A stretch of 63,748 nucleotides of DNA, filler included, from Intoshia linei (Eukaryota; Animalia; Orthonectida): assembly GCA_001642005.1 (NCBI GenBank). It is 5 parts of 5 records of this genome, joined end to end, with 100 filler letters (N's around TTAATTAATTAA, not from the genome) between each part and the next. Parts side by side here need not be neighbours in the genome. Positions count along the whole stretch, not along the records: positions 1 to 31,962 come from LWCA01000334.1; 4 more parts are not named here. One strand, 5' to 3'. A program made the position numbers and the translations under genes. The notes beneath the pieces are model-generated. The model made no database searches, was not told where the DNA came from, and was given only the letters and a program-made list of their open reading frames with translations. Of the stretch, positions 1 through 11,500 are shown piece after piece. How positions within the stretch are numbered: the first letter of the stretch is position 1; each line of letters begins with the position of its first letter.

Positions 1-2582
1 AAAGTTTTATTAAAATTTTCCACTTGCCCGTTACTTTGTGGATGATAATTAGCAATAAAACAATGTTGAATATCCGTAGATTGTAAAAATTAATTAAATT
101 CTGTTGATGCAAATTGTGGTCCATTATCCGATATAATTTTGAAAGGGATACCTTCTCTTGAAAACACTCTTTTTAAAAATTTTATAGTTAAAGATGTTGT
201 AGGATTAGTAAGCATTTTAACTTCAGGGTATTAATCAATTAACACAATTGCGTATTTTTTTTCGTTATTGGAAAACTCCAACGGTCCAATGTAATCAATG
301 CCAATTGTATGCCATTTATGAGGAGGATATTCAATGGGTTTAATTAGAGATTTTAATAATTTAATTGTTTTAGAACTACTACTACAAAATTTACATAGTT
401 CTACGTAATTTTCAATCATAGAGTTCATACGTGGAAACCAATAGTATTTACACAATTGTTGTTTACACGATGTAATTCCTGCATGGCATTCACGGGATAT
501 TGCCATAGCTTTATTACGTAAACAAACTGGTAATATAATACGATGCTCGCTTCTATATAAATAATCGTCATCTTTCCATAATTCATCTCGAATAGAATAA
601 TATTTTATTTGTATTTCACTCATAAATTTCTTTTGAAGCCAACCTTGTGTCAAGAATTGTTTAATAATTAATATTTCTTCATCTATGGAACTTTCATTAG
701 CTAATTCGGACAATGATAATAAACTTTCTTCGCATGAAATTTGATGTACATAAGCTAAATCAATAATTTCTGGTACGGGTTCATAATTGGGTAATCTTGA
801 AAAGCATCAGCTACAACATTTTTATTTCCGGAAATATATTCTATATCGTATTGATATTCTCTCATAAGTAAAAACCATCTAGCAATTCTTGCCGCTTTGT
901 GCCTATTTTCATAGGATGTAAAAAGTGTTTCCAATGCTTTATGGTCAGTCTGCAATGTTACTCTTCTACCCCATATATATGAGTGCCATTTTTTTGTACA
1001 TACCACTATTGCTAGTGCCTTCCTTTCTGCAGTAGAATAGTTACGTTCCGTTTTTGTTAAAGTACGTAAAGTAAAAGCAATTGTAACTTCCGTGTTTCCT
1101 TGTATTTGCTTTAAGACGGCACCAACCCCCATATTTGATGCATCAGTCTGAATAATTATTTTGTCCTGAGGTAAAAACGTGGCTAATCTGACTGTGGACG
1201 AAATATACATTTTAATGTCATCAAAAGCTTTTTGGCATTTGTCATTCCAGTGGAAAGTAACTCCTCCTCTTGTTAAATTAGTTAAAGGTTCACATATTGT
1301 AGAAAAGGTAGGTATAAATTTTTTATAGTAAGTGACTAAGCCTAAGAAACTTTTTATTTTAGTTTTGTCAGTTGGATTTGGCATTTTTTCTATGGATTTT
1401 ATTTTACTAGAGTCTGTAGATATACCGTACTGAGATATTACATGTCCTAGAATTTTCAATTCTATGTGCCTAATCATGCATTTATCTAAATTTAAGGTAA
1501 CATTGTACTTTTTAAAAGTATCTAGAACGGCTGTAAATGTTCTATCATGTTCTTCAACTGAATGATCATAAATAAGTATGTCGTCCAACATATTGCTCAC
1601 ATTACTTATATATTTTAAAATAGTAAAAATAAATTTTTGGAAAAAAGATGGCGCAGATGCAAAACCGTATGGTACTCTTTTATATTGATATAAACCAAAT
1701 TCTGTAATAAATGCAGTTAAATATCGTGAATTTTTGTCTAATTCAATTTGATTATAAGCTTGTTTCAAATCTAATTTTTAAAAAAATTTACATCCATTAG
1801 TATTATTAAATATTTTATCAATTAGAGGTAGAGGATATGTGTCAATTTCTATATTTTTATATAAATTTCTTAAGTCCACACATAATCTTATATCACCATT
1901 TTTTTATTTATTATTATTATTATTGTTTTATTTATTCATTTTTTTAGATGCAACTACGATAGCACTTGTCCATTCGCTTCTATCAATTTGTTCAATTATG
2001 TCCGTTTTTAATAATTCATTAATCTTATTTTTAACTTTATCATATAGTATCGAGGGTGTACGGTGAACTTTAGCTATAACAGGCACATAATTTTTTTTAA
2101 CGTAATGGTTAATTTAAAATCATTTACTTTAGATAATTGTGAAATATTTTCCTCTGTTTTGGTACTTATAGAATTAATTTTATTTAAATAATCAATGTTT
2201 CGATTTAGCAAAATAAAGATCGTATTTAAATCAATTAATATTTTTAATATTAAATCTAAACCAATTATAGGTTTACAAGTATTTTCTACTAATTGGAATG
2301 TATGTCGACATTTTGATTCATTGTATCTAACATCTGTGAACACCATTTTGTTTTGAGTTTGTGTCCACTAAATGACGTTAAGATAAGTGAACTAGGCTCA
2401 AAAGTATATATATGTAAATATGATTTTAATTTATGTGGTATTATAGATATACTACTACCAGTATCAACTAAAAAATTAATTGGGTAATTATTAATTAAAA
2501 TTTGAATATATTTAGAACCTTCATATATAGCACTTTGATAATTGAGATTTTTGCAAATTTTTAAAGTGACCTTTTTTACCAC
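1..2582 (-). pseudogene. pol: Retrotransposon Pol (aspartic protease, RT, RNase H, integrase), frameshifted
   Basis: Protease FLVDTGSSISII; RT YKRVPYGFASAP and MLDD (normally YLDD); RNase H QTDASNMGVGAVL and TDHKAL; integrase H-x-G...CxxC, IGIDYIGP, ISDNGPQF, YHPQSNGQVE. Confidence 0.93.
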
Positions 2583-3237
2583 AATTTATGCACTGAGCAT
2601 TTCTTGCTTTGCATATTTTGTAATGTGTGTTATTATAAGAGTTTCCACAACGGTAGCAAACCAGGTTTTTTACTTTTTGTTGAATATTACAAACTATCGG
2701 TTTATTTTCAACAAGATGACATTTTGCATCAGTCACTATTTCATATTGGTAACATACTTTACGGCATAATTTTAGCGTTAGGTCGATTTCAATGGATAAT
2801 AATTGGTTTGTAATCATATCAATGCCACAACTAAATACTAATTGATCACATACTACTTGATTTAATTCATTTTTATTGTAGCCACGTTTAGCAACAGCTT
2901 TTAGTCTACTAATATATGTAGAAAAATTTTCGTTATATATTTTTTTCATGTTTCTTAATTTAAATCTTTCAAGTATTGGTTGGCTTTTCTTCCATTCTAA
3001 AATGTAAGCTTTTATTGACTCGTAACTATTTTTTTCATTTTCATTAATTTCATTGCACAATTTCTGCCAAGCATCTACACCAATCAAATTTTGTAGTGCT
3101 TTAATTTTAAAATTATCTTTCAATTTATCTTGAAATATCAAATCAATGTATGGTTCACAATTTGAAATCCATTCAGCTGGTTCCATTAGCAGTTCACCAT
3201 TAATGTATAATATTGATGGTTTATTGAAATTGTTCAT
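2521..3237 (-). pseudogene. gag: Retrotransposon Gag with a double zinc knuckle
   Basis: CYRCGNSYNNTHYKICKARNAQCINCGKKGHF is the Mag-type tandem CCHC pattern. The ATG at 3237 lies just after the PBS. Confidence 0.85.
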
Positions 3238-3239
3238 TG

Positions 3240-3251
3240 TCGTCGGCGCCA
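3240..3251 (-). promoter_or_regulatory. Primer binding site of the gypsy element
   Basis: TGGCGCCGACGA begins 2 nt after the LTR end ...TACA; TGG is complementary to tRNA CCA. Confidence 0.7.
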
Positions 3252-4257
3252 ATTGTAGTATTGAAGATTATAATTGTAATTGTACAACGTGTTGTTAAAG
3301 TATTTATTAATAACCTAACTTTCTCACTACTTCTATATTCTCTAGGATACCACATATATAAAAAGGATTAAAAAAACCCTGGGGCAAAGCACTTTAAAAT
3401 ATGAATAATGAGCAAAATTTAATTTATTTTGTATAGTAAATTTCATAGTAATAATTATTTTCAATAACAATTAATTTTCAATTTATTTTTTTTGTATTTA
3501 TTCAGTTTTCTCATTGGAATCGGTTTTTTTGTCAATTCGGCGTTCATGATTCGCTAGACGATAATTTTGCGCATCTTATTAGATATTAGTTATTGTGCGC
3601 GATATATTGTTCAAAACTTTAGCTGCAATGATTATTTACTTTTTCATTTTTAATTTTAGTCCAAAATTTGAAAAATATTGGTTGATAATATATTAAAAAT
3701 TATTTTTCACCGGTAATGCGTAGATTTCTGGGGTTGAAATTTTGTATTTATATCAACTGGAATAAGCTCTATCAGAATAATTTTTTTTTTANAAAAATTA
3801 TTTTTCACCGGTAATGCGTAGATTTCTGGGGTTGAAATTTTGTATTTATATCAACTGGAATAAGCTCTATCAGAATAATCTTTTTTTTAATTGTCCAATA
3901 ATTAATTATTGCACATTTTTTGTTTTAATAAAATAGTTCGAAATAAAAAAATCTGAAAATAACATTTTTAATAAAACAAGACCCTCGAAAAACTGTGATA
4001 GAAATATGCTATTTTTAAAACTCGAACAGACATACATTTTTAACTAAGTTACTTTATACATTATATACATTTATACATATGTATTATATTTATATATTAT
4101 ACATTATATATATTTAAATATTACATTTATATACTTTGTATTGCAGTAAAATCAGTAATATAATAATAAAATTAAATTGAAGATATAGTTAATAAACTTT
4201 TTATCGTGTAAATAATTTAAGTAAATATTTACAATTTATATAAAATACAGTATTCAT

Positions 4258-5747
4258 ATGAAAATTCTAGTCATGAGGCATCAATTTTTTATACTATTAA
4301 TTTCGACAGTGTGTTATTTAAGTAATTTTATTGATGTTTTATTTTTAATTTAGGTGAAAGTTATGAAATAGACAATCTTATTCCTATAGAATCATGTAGT
4401 AAGATTTTGTATAATAATTTTTATAATTAAAATTTGTAATAAGTAAGGAATTATTTATTGACGCTTTAAATATTTTAATATCATTCGATATTTACTTCCA
4501 ATCCAATATTTACATTTTTTAGTCAACTGATAATCCAATTATATAACTGAGAGTAATTTAAATAGAATAAAGCAAATATTAAAATTAACACATAAAATTT
4601 TTAAATGTTTCGACTATAATTATAAATGATAATTTCTTAAATTGACTTAAATAAAACTCCTTCTAAAGAGACCAGCCTTAGCGACAACTTGCCGTCAAAA
4701 ATCTTCAAGTTTAAGAGTGATCAGTATATATTAATTTTTAGCAACATATCAGAACAATTCATGCATCTATAATTGCATGAAAGGAGAAGTTATGGTGCAA
4801 GTCAAATACCCAATTTTGGGATTGGGAGAAAATTATGTACGAAAAATTATTTTATTTGAAATATAATTTTATTTATAATATATTATAGAGATTTAAACTT
4901 CAACACGATATAGTAGAAGAGTGTCGTAAATATACGTTTACACTTTCCAATCAGCCACATTTACATTATTTTAAATTAACTTTCTACTATGCTTTGGACA
5001 GAGATAATATTGGATTAATAGATGTACATTACGATGTTCAAATAACTAAAAGTCATAAAAAACAACGCGTCTCATTATCGAGTAAAAAATTTTTGAAAGT
5101 TGTTAAAGATCGTATTAGTCATTATGAATGTAATGGAACAATTAGCGATGTTAATACTTTTGATTACGTATATATTTTAATAAAAAGTGTTAATTGTCTT
5201 TTAGGGAACTTTTACTAAAATATATTTGAGTATAATAGTGTATGATACATTTTACGGTTTATCCAATGATAGGAATCACAAGGATGGTAAATAATAATAG
5301 TATTTATTTAATATTGTATCTAGTCGTACACTGTGCCAATGGTTTTTGATTAATTTCAAGATTAATTTTTTTTAGAGTACAACCCACCATCGTCTATTTT
5401 GCCTCTTGGAATTTCGCCTAATAATACTGGTCCAATTAATCAAAAGATTATTGAAAATACATGTTTTTTTAATCATTATTTAAAACTACAGTATTCTCTT
5501 ACTATTTTTCCAAATATGGAAAATGTATGTTAGTAATATTGTTAGTAAGTTGTTAATAAACACATTCGTAAGTTTTCCAAATTATTTAAATTTGAAAATC
5601 TTAACAAATTAGAGAGAATACTGTAATACACGGTGCGACACTGAAAAATGTAACATTTTAAAATATATATAATTATAATCTTCTCAGAACAGAGAGAAGG
5701 TAGTTATTCCACTTTTCATATCCGGGATATTTACATTAGTACTTTAA
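4258..5747 (+). CDS. Orphan multi-exon secreted or surface protein (signal peptide, Cys residues, hydrophobic C-terminus)
   Basis: Starts MKILVMRHQFFILLISTVCYLSES. Consecutive in-phase GT-AG mini-introns from about 4670 to the TAA at 5745-5747, including an 18-nt exon at 5324-5341. The junction between about 4400 and 4670 could not be resolved. Confidence 0.65.
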
Positions 5748-7959
5748 CTCAAATGAACTTATTTGTTTAATTTCATTATTTTGAGTATTTAAAATGATAT
5801 TTAATTTTGAAATTCATGCCACAATATTCATTATTTGCGTTGTCATTTTATCAATTTGAACAGTGATTGTATGTTAATAATAAATTAATATTTGGAATTT
5901 ATTAATTTATTATTATTATCACAATAAAGATAATATACATCTTCCTAAATCGTACTAATCAAAGGAAAAAGTAAATCAAGTTGTCAATAATATTTATATC
6001 ATACAATATTACAGTTTTATTTATCAAAAACTATCAAATGTATGAGTTTATATGGTTGTATTTCCTTTGATGGGTTGCCCATGTTTTGTACACCATTTCT
6101 GTTTTTTTTAATTCATTTCTTAGTTCATTAATTTTGATTTTACGAAAATCATTTTGAGTTAACTCTTTATAATAATAAACTTTATGTATAGTTTTCGGGA
6201 TTAATTATGGGGAATTCAAACATCATTAAAAACCTAAATAAATGAGCTAGAAGTAAATTTAAGAACAAAATGGTCCACAAAGCATAATAAACACATCAAA
6301 GGAATTACCAACATAATTATCCATAGAAACACAATTAAAGCTGTTATACATGAAATAAAGGTGTATTTTAAATTTATCCTAAAATTTTTGTCATTCATTT
6401 TTTTTAGGATAAATGCTTAATTTTTTTTTGGTCCAAATATACACTTTTCACGGATATATAGATGTAATGTCAGTTTAACTACATTATAATATTATCTGGA
6501 AAAATATAATATTATAATAAATATTTACTTATAGTCGCACCGTGTTATAATAGAATATCATATATCAATTATAATTAAAACGATGATGATTTTATTAGCT
6601 AGTAAATTGCATATAAATTTAATTTTAATTAATACATTGATTCTTAGTCTGTAAATTTATTGCTAAATTATAATATTAATATTTCATGTGCCTAATTATG
6701 CAGAGTCTTCATGTTTATTCGATTATAATCGAGATGTCTGACAAAAATCGAAAATCCCTTATCCCTTAAGAGTTGTTAAAATTGGATTTTTTATTTTTGG
6801 GTTGGATTAAAAGGTTTTTTACATAAAATTTGTTAAATTCGGATTATTTCAAAAAAATATCAATAAAATTGAATTTTTCTATAAGACTTTGAAATGGTAT
6901 TTTTTATTAAATAATATTAAATTTTATTAATGCTACAACGAAATTTCAACTACAGTGCATGCCAATAATATAATTACGAATTTGTATAAAAATTGTTAGA
7001 ATTTGTAATTATACTAGGTTGATTGTTATGTACTAGAGTAAACTCTGTTATCAAGAACAGTTTTGAGTTAAATTGGTTGAGAAACTGTACTTTACAAAAA
7101 AATCAAATTAATAAAATAAGTTAATAAAAATTTAATATTTAGGGGCGAGTAAATTTTATTATATATTTTATTTTTATTTTACATGTCATAAATATAAATA
7201 TAATAAATAATTATAATTAAACTCATGTTAATTAACATTTTATTACAAATATATAATAAATTGTATGTAAAATTTAATATTTTAAAATAAAACAGTAATT
7301 GTTTCAAATTTAGGTTCCTACCATTAAATTTTAAAAAGAATATTAAATGCTGAATAAACTATTGATTTTCAATATTAATTATAAATTTATAATTTAAACA
7401 TTTCAATGTTTTTAATTTCGACTTTATCGACATCAATGCTATTATAATAGCATAAACTTTATGCCATAAAGTATAATTATATTTTTAGTATGTAATTAAC
7501 AATCCATCTAATTAAAATTTAAATTACATCAATCATACAACCATTAGTGTATGTCACGTAATGCCAACCAAATCAAATGTATGTTAATTTTGAGGTTATA
7601 TTTGAAAATTATTTTTTGGGGCGTTTTCTAATGAAATAATTGTTACTCATCCCTCCAATTATTATCTACAAAATTATTAACAAAACAAATTGTAAACAAA
7701 ATCTACATTTCTTATTTAAATGAAAGAAAACGAGTAATATTTTTCAGCAAATTTTTCAAAGAAATGAACTACTGTTTCAGATAGACTGTAGATTTTAATC
7801 TGAATAAGTGACGACTTCACGATCAAAAAAGCATTTTAGTATTCATATATTTTTCTCAACCAATTTAGCATATTTCAGCAGGAACACGTCTCCAATAGAG
7901 ACTCTCCATTCATAATGCTCCAATATAATTTTCATTTTGTTACAGTGTGTTATATATGA

Positions 7960-8400
7960 TCCTTACTTATATACTTATATACACTGATACTTACTTTAAA
8001 ATCACAAACAATACCATAAATTTAAATTTAAAAAAAATATAACTTCAGGGCCAAAACCCCAAATTACCCTTTTTTTTAATAATAACAGGTCTAGAATTTA
8101 TAAAAATTTACAGATGGTACAGTTTATCCTGTTAATACACACCATAAATTTCAATCTGAATAAGTGACGCTTTCACGGTCAAAAAAACATTTTAGTATTC
8201 ATATATTTTTTTTCCGAAATATTTTATTAAAATAAAAAATGTGAAATAAAGATCTGAAAATTAAAAAAAAGATTTCTCTGATAGACCTTAATCCAGTTAA
8301 TATAAATACAAAATTTCATCCTCAGAAATCTATACATTCCCGGTGAAAAATATTTTTTAATATATCATCAACCAATATTTTTCAAATATTTTGATTAAGA
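7960..8400 (+). mobile_element. Non-autonomous Helitron, 5' part
   Basis: Starts A|TCCTTACTTATATA; near-identical to 11402-11845. Confidence 0.75.
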
Positions 8401-8542
8401 TAATGATTATTTAGATATGATAATAAAATCACTACAAAATTACTTTTTAGGATAATTGGTACATCACATTACATATAAAGTTAAAATTATTATACCATTC
8501 GTACCGAACGATTTGATACGTCAAAAATAAAATAACTTTTAA

Positions 8543-11500
8543 TTACATTTTCTTATTCATTAAAAAAGAAGTGATTTTTTTCCTAAGCTGACTGTAACTT
8601 GATAAATGACATGCATCCATTTTATTTAAATTCATTGAATTGAGTGTTTTTATATCAATTTGCAGAGTAATAAAAGACGTACCAAAGATTATTCCTAATG
8701 TTGATATATCGTTTTTTGTTTTTATATTAGAATAAAAGTTTTCAATTAATTGTTCTTTAGTTATTGCTCCAATCCAAAAGCATATATAATTTGCATTTTT
8801 TTTTAAGCAGCTGATATAATTTTTTAAGTAAATTAGTTCCTCGTAATTACGTACACAAGCTATGACTTTATAAAAATGAAAATTTTTGGACCAATTGGTA
8901 ATCAATTTGAAATTATTACCAGCAATACTCTAAATATATTATTAATAAAAGTTGAAAAATTTTTACCTTGAAATATTCAATTTCGTCTTGGAATAATGCA
9001 ACATAAATTTGCGATGAACATATAGTATTTTCGTTTATTGACGTCATTATTTTGATTAAGCAAGTTGTAGAAATTTCTTTATGTTCGATTTGAATCATCT
9101 AATGATCATATAAAATAAATTAATTCATTAGCAGTAATATTTGTATATAAAGCTGATATTTCAAACTTTTACACCGCGTTGCACCCTCAGATTATTTACG
9201 ACAATTGTTTGTGATTATGACGATAATTATATTGTTATTACATTATTTATAACTTATAAATAATGTACCTTATCAATTCATAAAAGACACGACCTTAATT
9301 TTTTTTTAAAATTTAATTAAAAAGTATCAAAATATCTACATTTTCCCAGACATGACTATAAAACCCACTTTTATATACTTTTTTTTTCATTGTTAAAATC
9401 TCGTAAATTTCATACTTACATACAAGTTAGTTTGTTTCAGGTATTCAAAAGCACAAAAGATTCTCAATAAAAGATAAAATTATACTAATTTAACAGTAAT
9501 TTGGAATTGATTTATTAATGTAAATTTATAATTGTATTTAAAATTAATTTAAAAAAAGATACAGCTTTCTAACCTTTGATAAAAATATATAAACCTCGTT
9601 TGTGTAATGAACATATTCCTCAGTAACTATTGAATCTACTTTGGTATGAATTTGTCCACTTTCAGTGGAAACAACAATTGTATCATTTTGGCAAATTTCT
9701 CCATTAATAACAATTGCATTGATAGCGGTTCTTCCTTTAACCTCTTCAATACCTAATGTTATTGCTTCTAAACCCTCTACGTACGTCATTTTATCTTTCA
9801 TTTGGTTTTGACACATAATGCTTAATTGTAGCAGCACATTTCCCATGCCATCGCCATGTGTGGTTGAAACTGGAATAATTGGGATGGGTCCATTATTGCG
9901 ACCAAATAATTCTCCATCCATATTCTAAATAAATTATTATTAAAGTACAAATTTAATAATTACATGATTAATAATTATTAATAAAAATTACTATAGATAT
10001 TATAATAGTACAGTCAACCTGTATACCATGAACACTAACTTTAACATTTTCTTAAGTTCAATACCTAGTTTTATATCAACATTATAATATAATTCAACAT
10101 ATAATTCGATATACATTTTAGTCAAAAAAGTATATTTTAGTGCTCAAATTGGTCTGATGTTGGTTAAAACTCTAAACTGGGGTGTTCATTAAGTCCAGGT
10201 CTGACTTTGGTATAAAAATTACATAAGATCTCAAATCTTCATTTATTAGTAAAACAAATTTTTCCAATTTGAATTGAATAGATACAGGTTGACATTGAAA
10301 TGTTTTAAAAATGTCCATATTCGGATATGATTGCCATTCGTGAATAGAATCGACAACAATAATGCATTTAATATTATATTTTTTACATATCGTCATATTC
10401 TTTTGCATTTCAAGGCTGAATTTTTCTCCGTATTTCAGAACAAAGATTATTACATCAAATATTTTGTGATAATTCTTAAAATTTCTAAAAATGTTGTTGA
10501 TAATAAACGTGTAATACATGTATTTACATTTTATCTTCGAGATATGAAATGTTTAATAGTAATATCGCGGGTATTTTAATTTCATCTTTGTTGTTAACCA
10601 TATATGTATTCTTTTTAATAAACTCTGATGATATTAATGTCGCTCCGAATTCTCGAATTATTTTCGTTTTGACAAACTCATTTCCTATCATCTACAATCT
10701 TGTATTATATTATTTACATTATTTTTAATGCCATTTTGTACATTTACACTGTAAAATATTATTTTTTTATTACAATTATACTAGCTTAACTGTGATGAAG
10801 TTGACTCTGTCGGGCCAACTTTTTAATTTTAAAACATCATTACCGATTGCTTATTTTATTAGACTAAAAGTATTATCTTAACATCAATAAAATGATGGTT
10901 GCGTTGAATAAACAGATATAATATTCGTTGATAGTTTTAAACTTCACCGACACTATGGAATTCTATACAAAAGTCATGTAATGCCTCTCAAAAATTCAAA
11001 TTGTTCTAAGATTAACTCATATTCACAAAAAATTGAATTTGAGATTGAATTTGCTTGAAAACATGGCTATTGATTGGCCTCTGTTCTTTTCTAATGAAAT
11101 TAGATTTAATTTGGACGACCCAGACGAACTATCATACTTTGGAGACATACGAGACTGTCTCCATTGTCGATAATCAGGCTACAATGTTATAGTGGAGGGA
11201 TATTGATATAAACATCATTTGGTATGAAAGGTAAATTCTGATATTCAAACTAAGTGTTAGAACATATAGCTGTTTGGGAATTATTTACTGATTTGTCTCA
11301 ACCAATTTAGCATATTTCAGCAAAAACACGTCTCCAATAGAGACTCTCCATTCATAATGCTCCAATATAATTTTCATTTTTTTGCAGTGTGTTATCAATG
11401 ATCCTTACTTATATACTTATATACACTGATACGTATTTTAAAATCATAAACAATACCATAAATTTAAATTTAAATTTAAAAAAAAATATAAATTCAGGGC

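Larger units (their letters stand above)
1..3469 (-). mobile_element. Ty3/gypsy LTR retrotransposon, Mag-clade-like, decayed; runs off the left edge of the window
   Basis: Order gag-PR-RT-RNaseH-IN on the minus strand. Candidate 5' LTR 3254-3469 (TGTTAT...TACTACA, contains AATAAA), then AT and a PBS-like TGGCGCCGACGA. Several frameshifts and stops. The LTR outer boundary is tentative because the 3' LTR is outside the window. Confidence 0.93.

Noticed and set aside
3694-3890. Direct duplication of about 95 bp around a single n
   Set aside because: Near-identical copies either side of a 1-nt gap are most likely a contig-overlap artefact.
10718-10784. Extra eIF5B-like exon (VNVQNG) using a Helitron-like CTAG as acceptor
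   Set aside because: Direct splicing 12726 to 10691 is already in phase and fits eIF5B spacing; an optional exon cannot be supported without transcripts.
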